A program made the translations under genes and the position numbers. From Woeseiaceae bacterium (lineage in GTDB: Bacteria > Pseudomonadota > Gammaproteobacteria > Steroidobacterales > Woeseiaceae), in NCBI GenBank assembly GCA_051007895.1, contig JBPCYD010000336.1, positions 1,194-65,193 of the forward strand: a stretch of 64,000 nucleotides of DNA, read 5' to 3'. Below the pieces are notes generated by a model. It saw only the letters and a program-made list of their open reading frames with translations. It ran no database searches and was not told the origin of the DNA. Positions 63,747-64,000 of this stretch are shown one piece after another. Each line of letters starts with the position of its first letter. The stretch's first letter is position 1.

Positions 63747-64000
63747 TTACTGCAATGGCTCCTCGTCAATTTTTATCAGCAAATACAAATAGTTTTCTTC
63801 GGGCCCGATCAACAGTTGATGTGCCGCACCGGGTGGTATGTGCATGACATCTCCCGGTGTGAGTTCTTGTCGCGTGCCCCCTTCGATTGAAGTGCCACGT
63901 TGCTGTTTTCGTGGCAGGGATTCCGCGTTGATCAAAGTGCCGCCGACAATCGAAGTAGCCCTGCCGCGGATGCTGATCTGTACGTCAGACTCCGTCTCGT
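63747..64000 (-). CDS. Cupin-domain protein, C-terminal part; the gene runs off the right edge
   Basis: The frame is open from the window edge to the stop at 63747. PGDVMHIPPGAAHQ is a typical cupin motif-2 strand. The track's TTG start at 63935 is probably internal. Confidence 0.55.
   Translation of the reverse strand, partial: ETESDVQISIRGRATSIVGGTLINAESLPRKQQRGTSIEGGTRQELTPGDVMHIPPGAAHQLLIGPEENYLYLLIKIDEEPLQ

Noticed and set aside
1-64000. Mobile elements, prophage, defence islands, toxin-antitoxin pairs, and rRNA or tRNA genes
   Set aside because: I read all ORFs of 60 aa or more and the intergenic regions. I found no transposase, integrase, recombinase, nuclease-helicase defence signature, terminal inverted repeats or cloverleaf-capable sequence. 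The absence is by eye only; tRNAscan/Infernal and defence-system HMMs would be the decisive check.

Overview
This window looks like a gammaproteobacterial chromosome segment, based on yceH, yheS, sstT, ccmI and mipA-type genes, and is moderately GC-rich by eye (not computed). It is densely coding, with about 58 CDS called. I recognised no rRNA, tRNA, CRISPR array, transposase, integrase, phage gene or known defence gene. All protein calls rest on my own reading of the translated ORFs (motifs and recalled family signatures). No database search was possible. Most of the window is ordinary transport, metabolism and envelope content. The stand-out is a tightly packed six-gene plus-strand operon at 16.09-25.22 kb. 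It encodes a stand-alone CcmI-like apocytochrome chaperone and a His-rich 5-TM inner-membrane protein. It also encodes a 21-heme cytochrome built of 7 triheme modules and a 36-heme cytochrome with 15 tandem diheme modules and a 279-nt DNA periodicity. The last two genes are an 818-aa outer-membrane protein (SPOR-like domain, TPR region, C-terminal beta-barrel) and a small lipoprotein. I read this as a candidate trans-envelope electron conduit whose architecture differs from MtrCAB and PioAB/MtoAB. Secondary items are listed below. (1) A conserved but functionally unresolved triad at 8.4-11.7 kb: a RimB-like DSGA protease carrying a lipobox, a Cys-less transglutaminase-like protein fused to a 7TM domain, and a RimK-like ATP-grasp ligase. 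(2) A PAS/sigma-54 activator divergent from a near-consensus -24/-12 promoter that drives a six-gene envelope operon beginning with a PagL-like gene (42.0-47.6 kb). (3) An operon of an orphan solute-binding lipoprotein, a Rieske-GltS(FMN) fusion and an FG-GAP protein (34.1-38.0 kb). (4) A kynA gene paired with an EthA-like Baeyer-Villiger monooxygenase. (5) A mipA-DUF3019-OmpR/HK cassette. (6) An alanine racemase with a Tat-type signal peptide.
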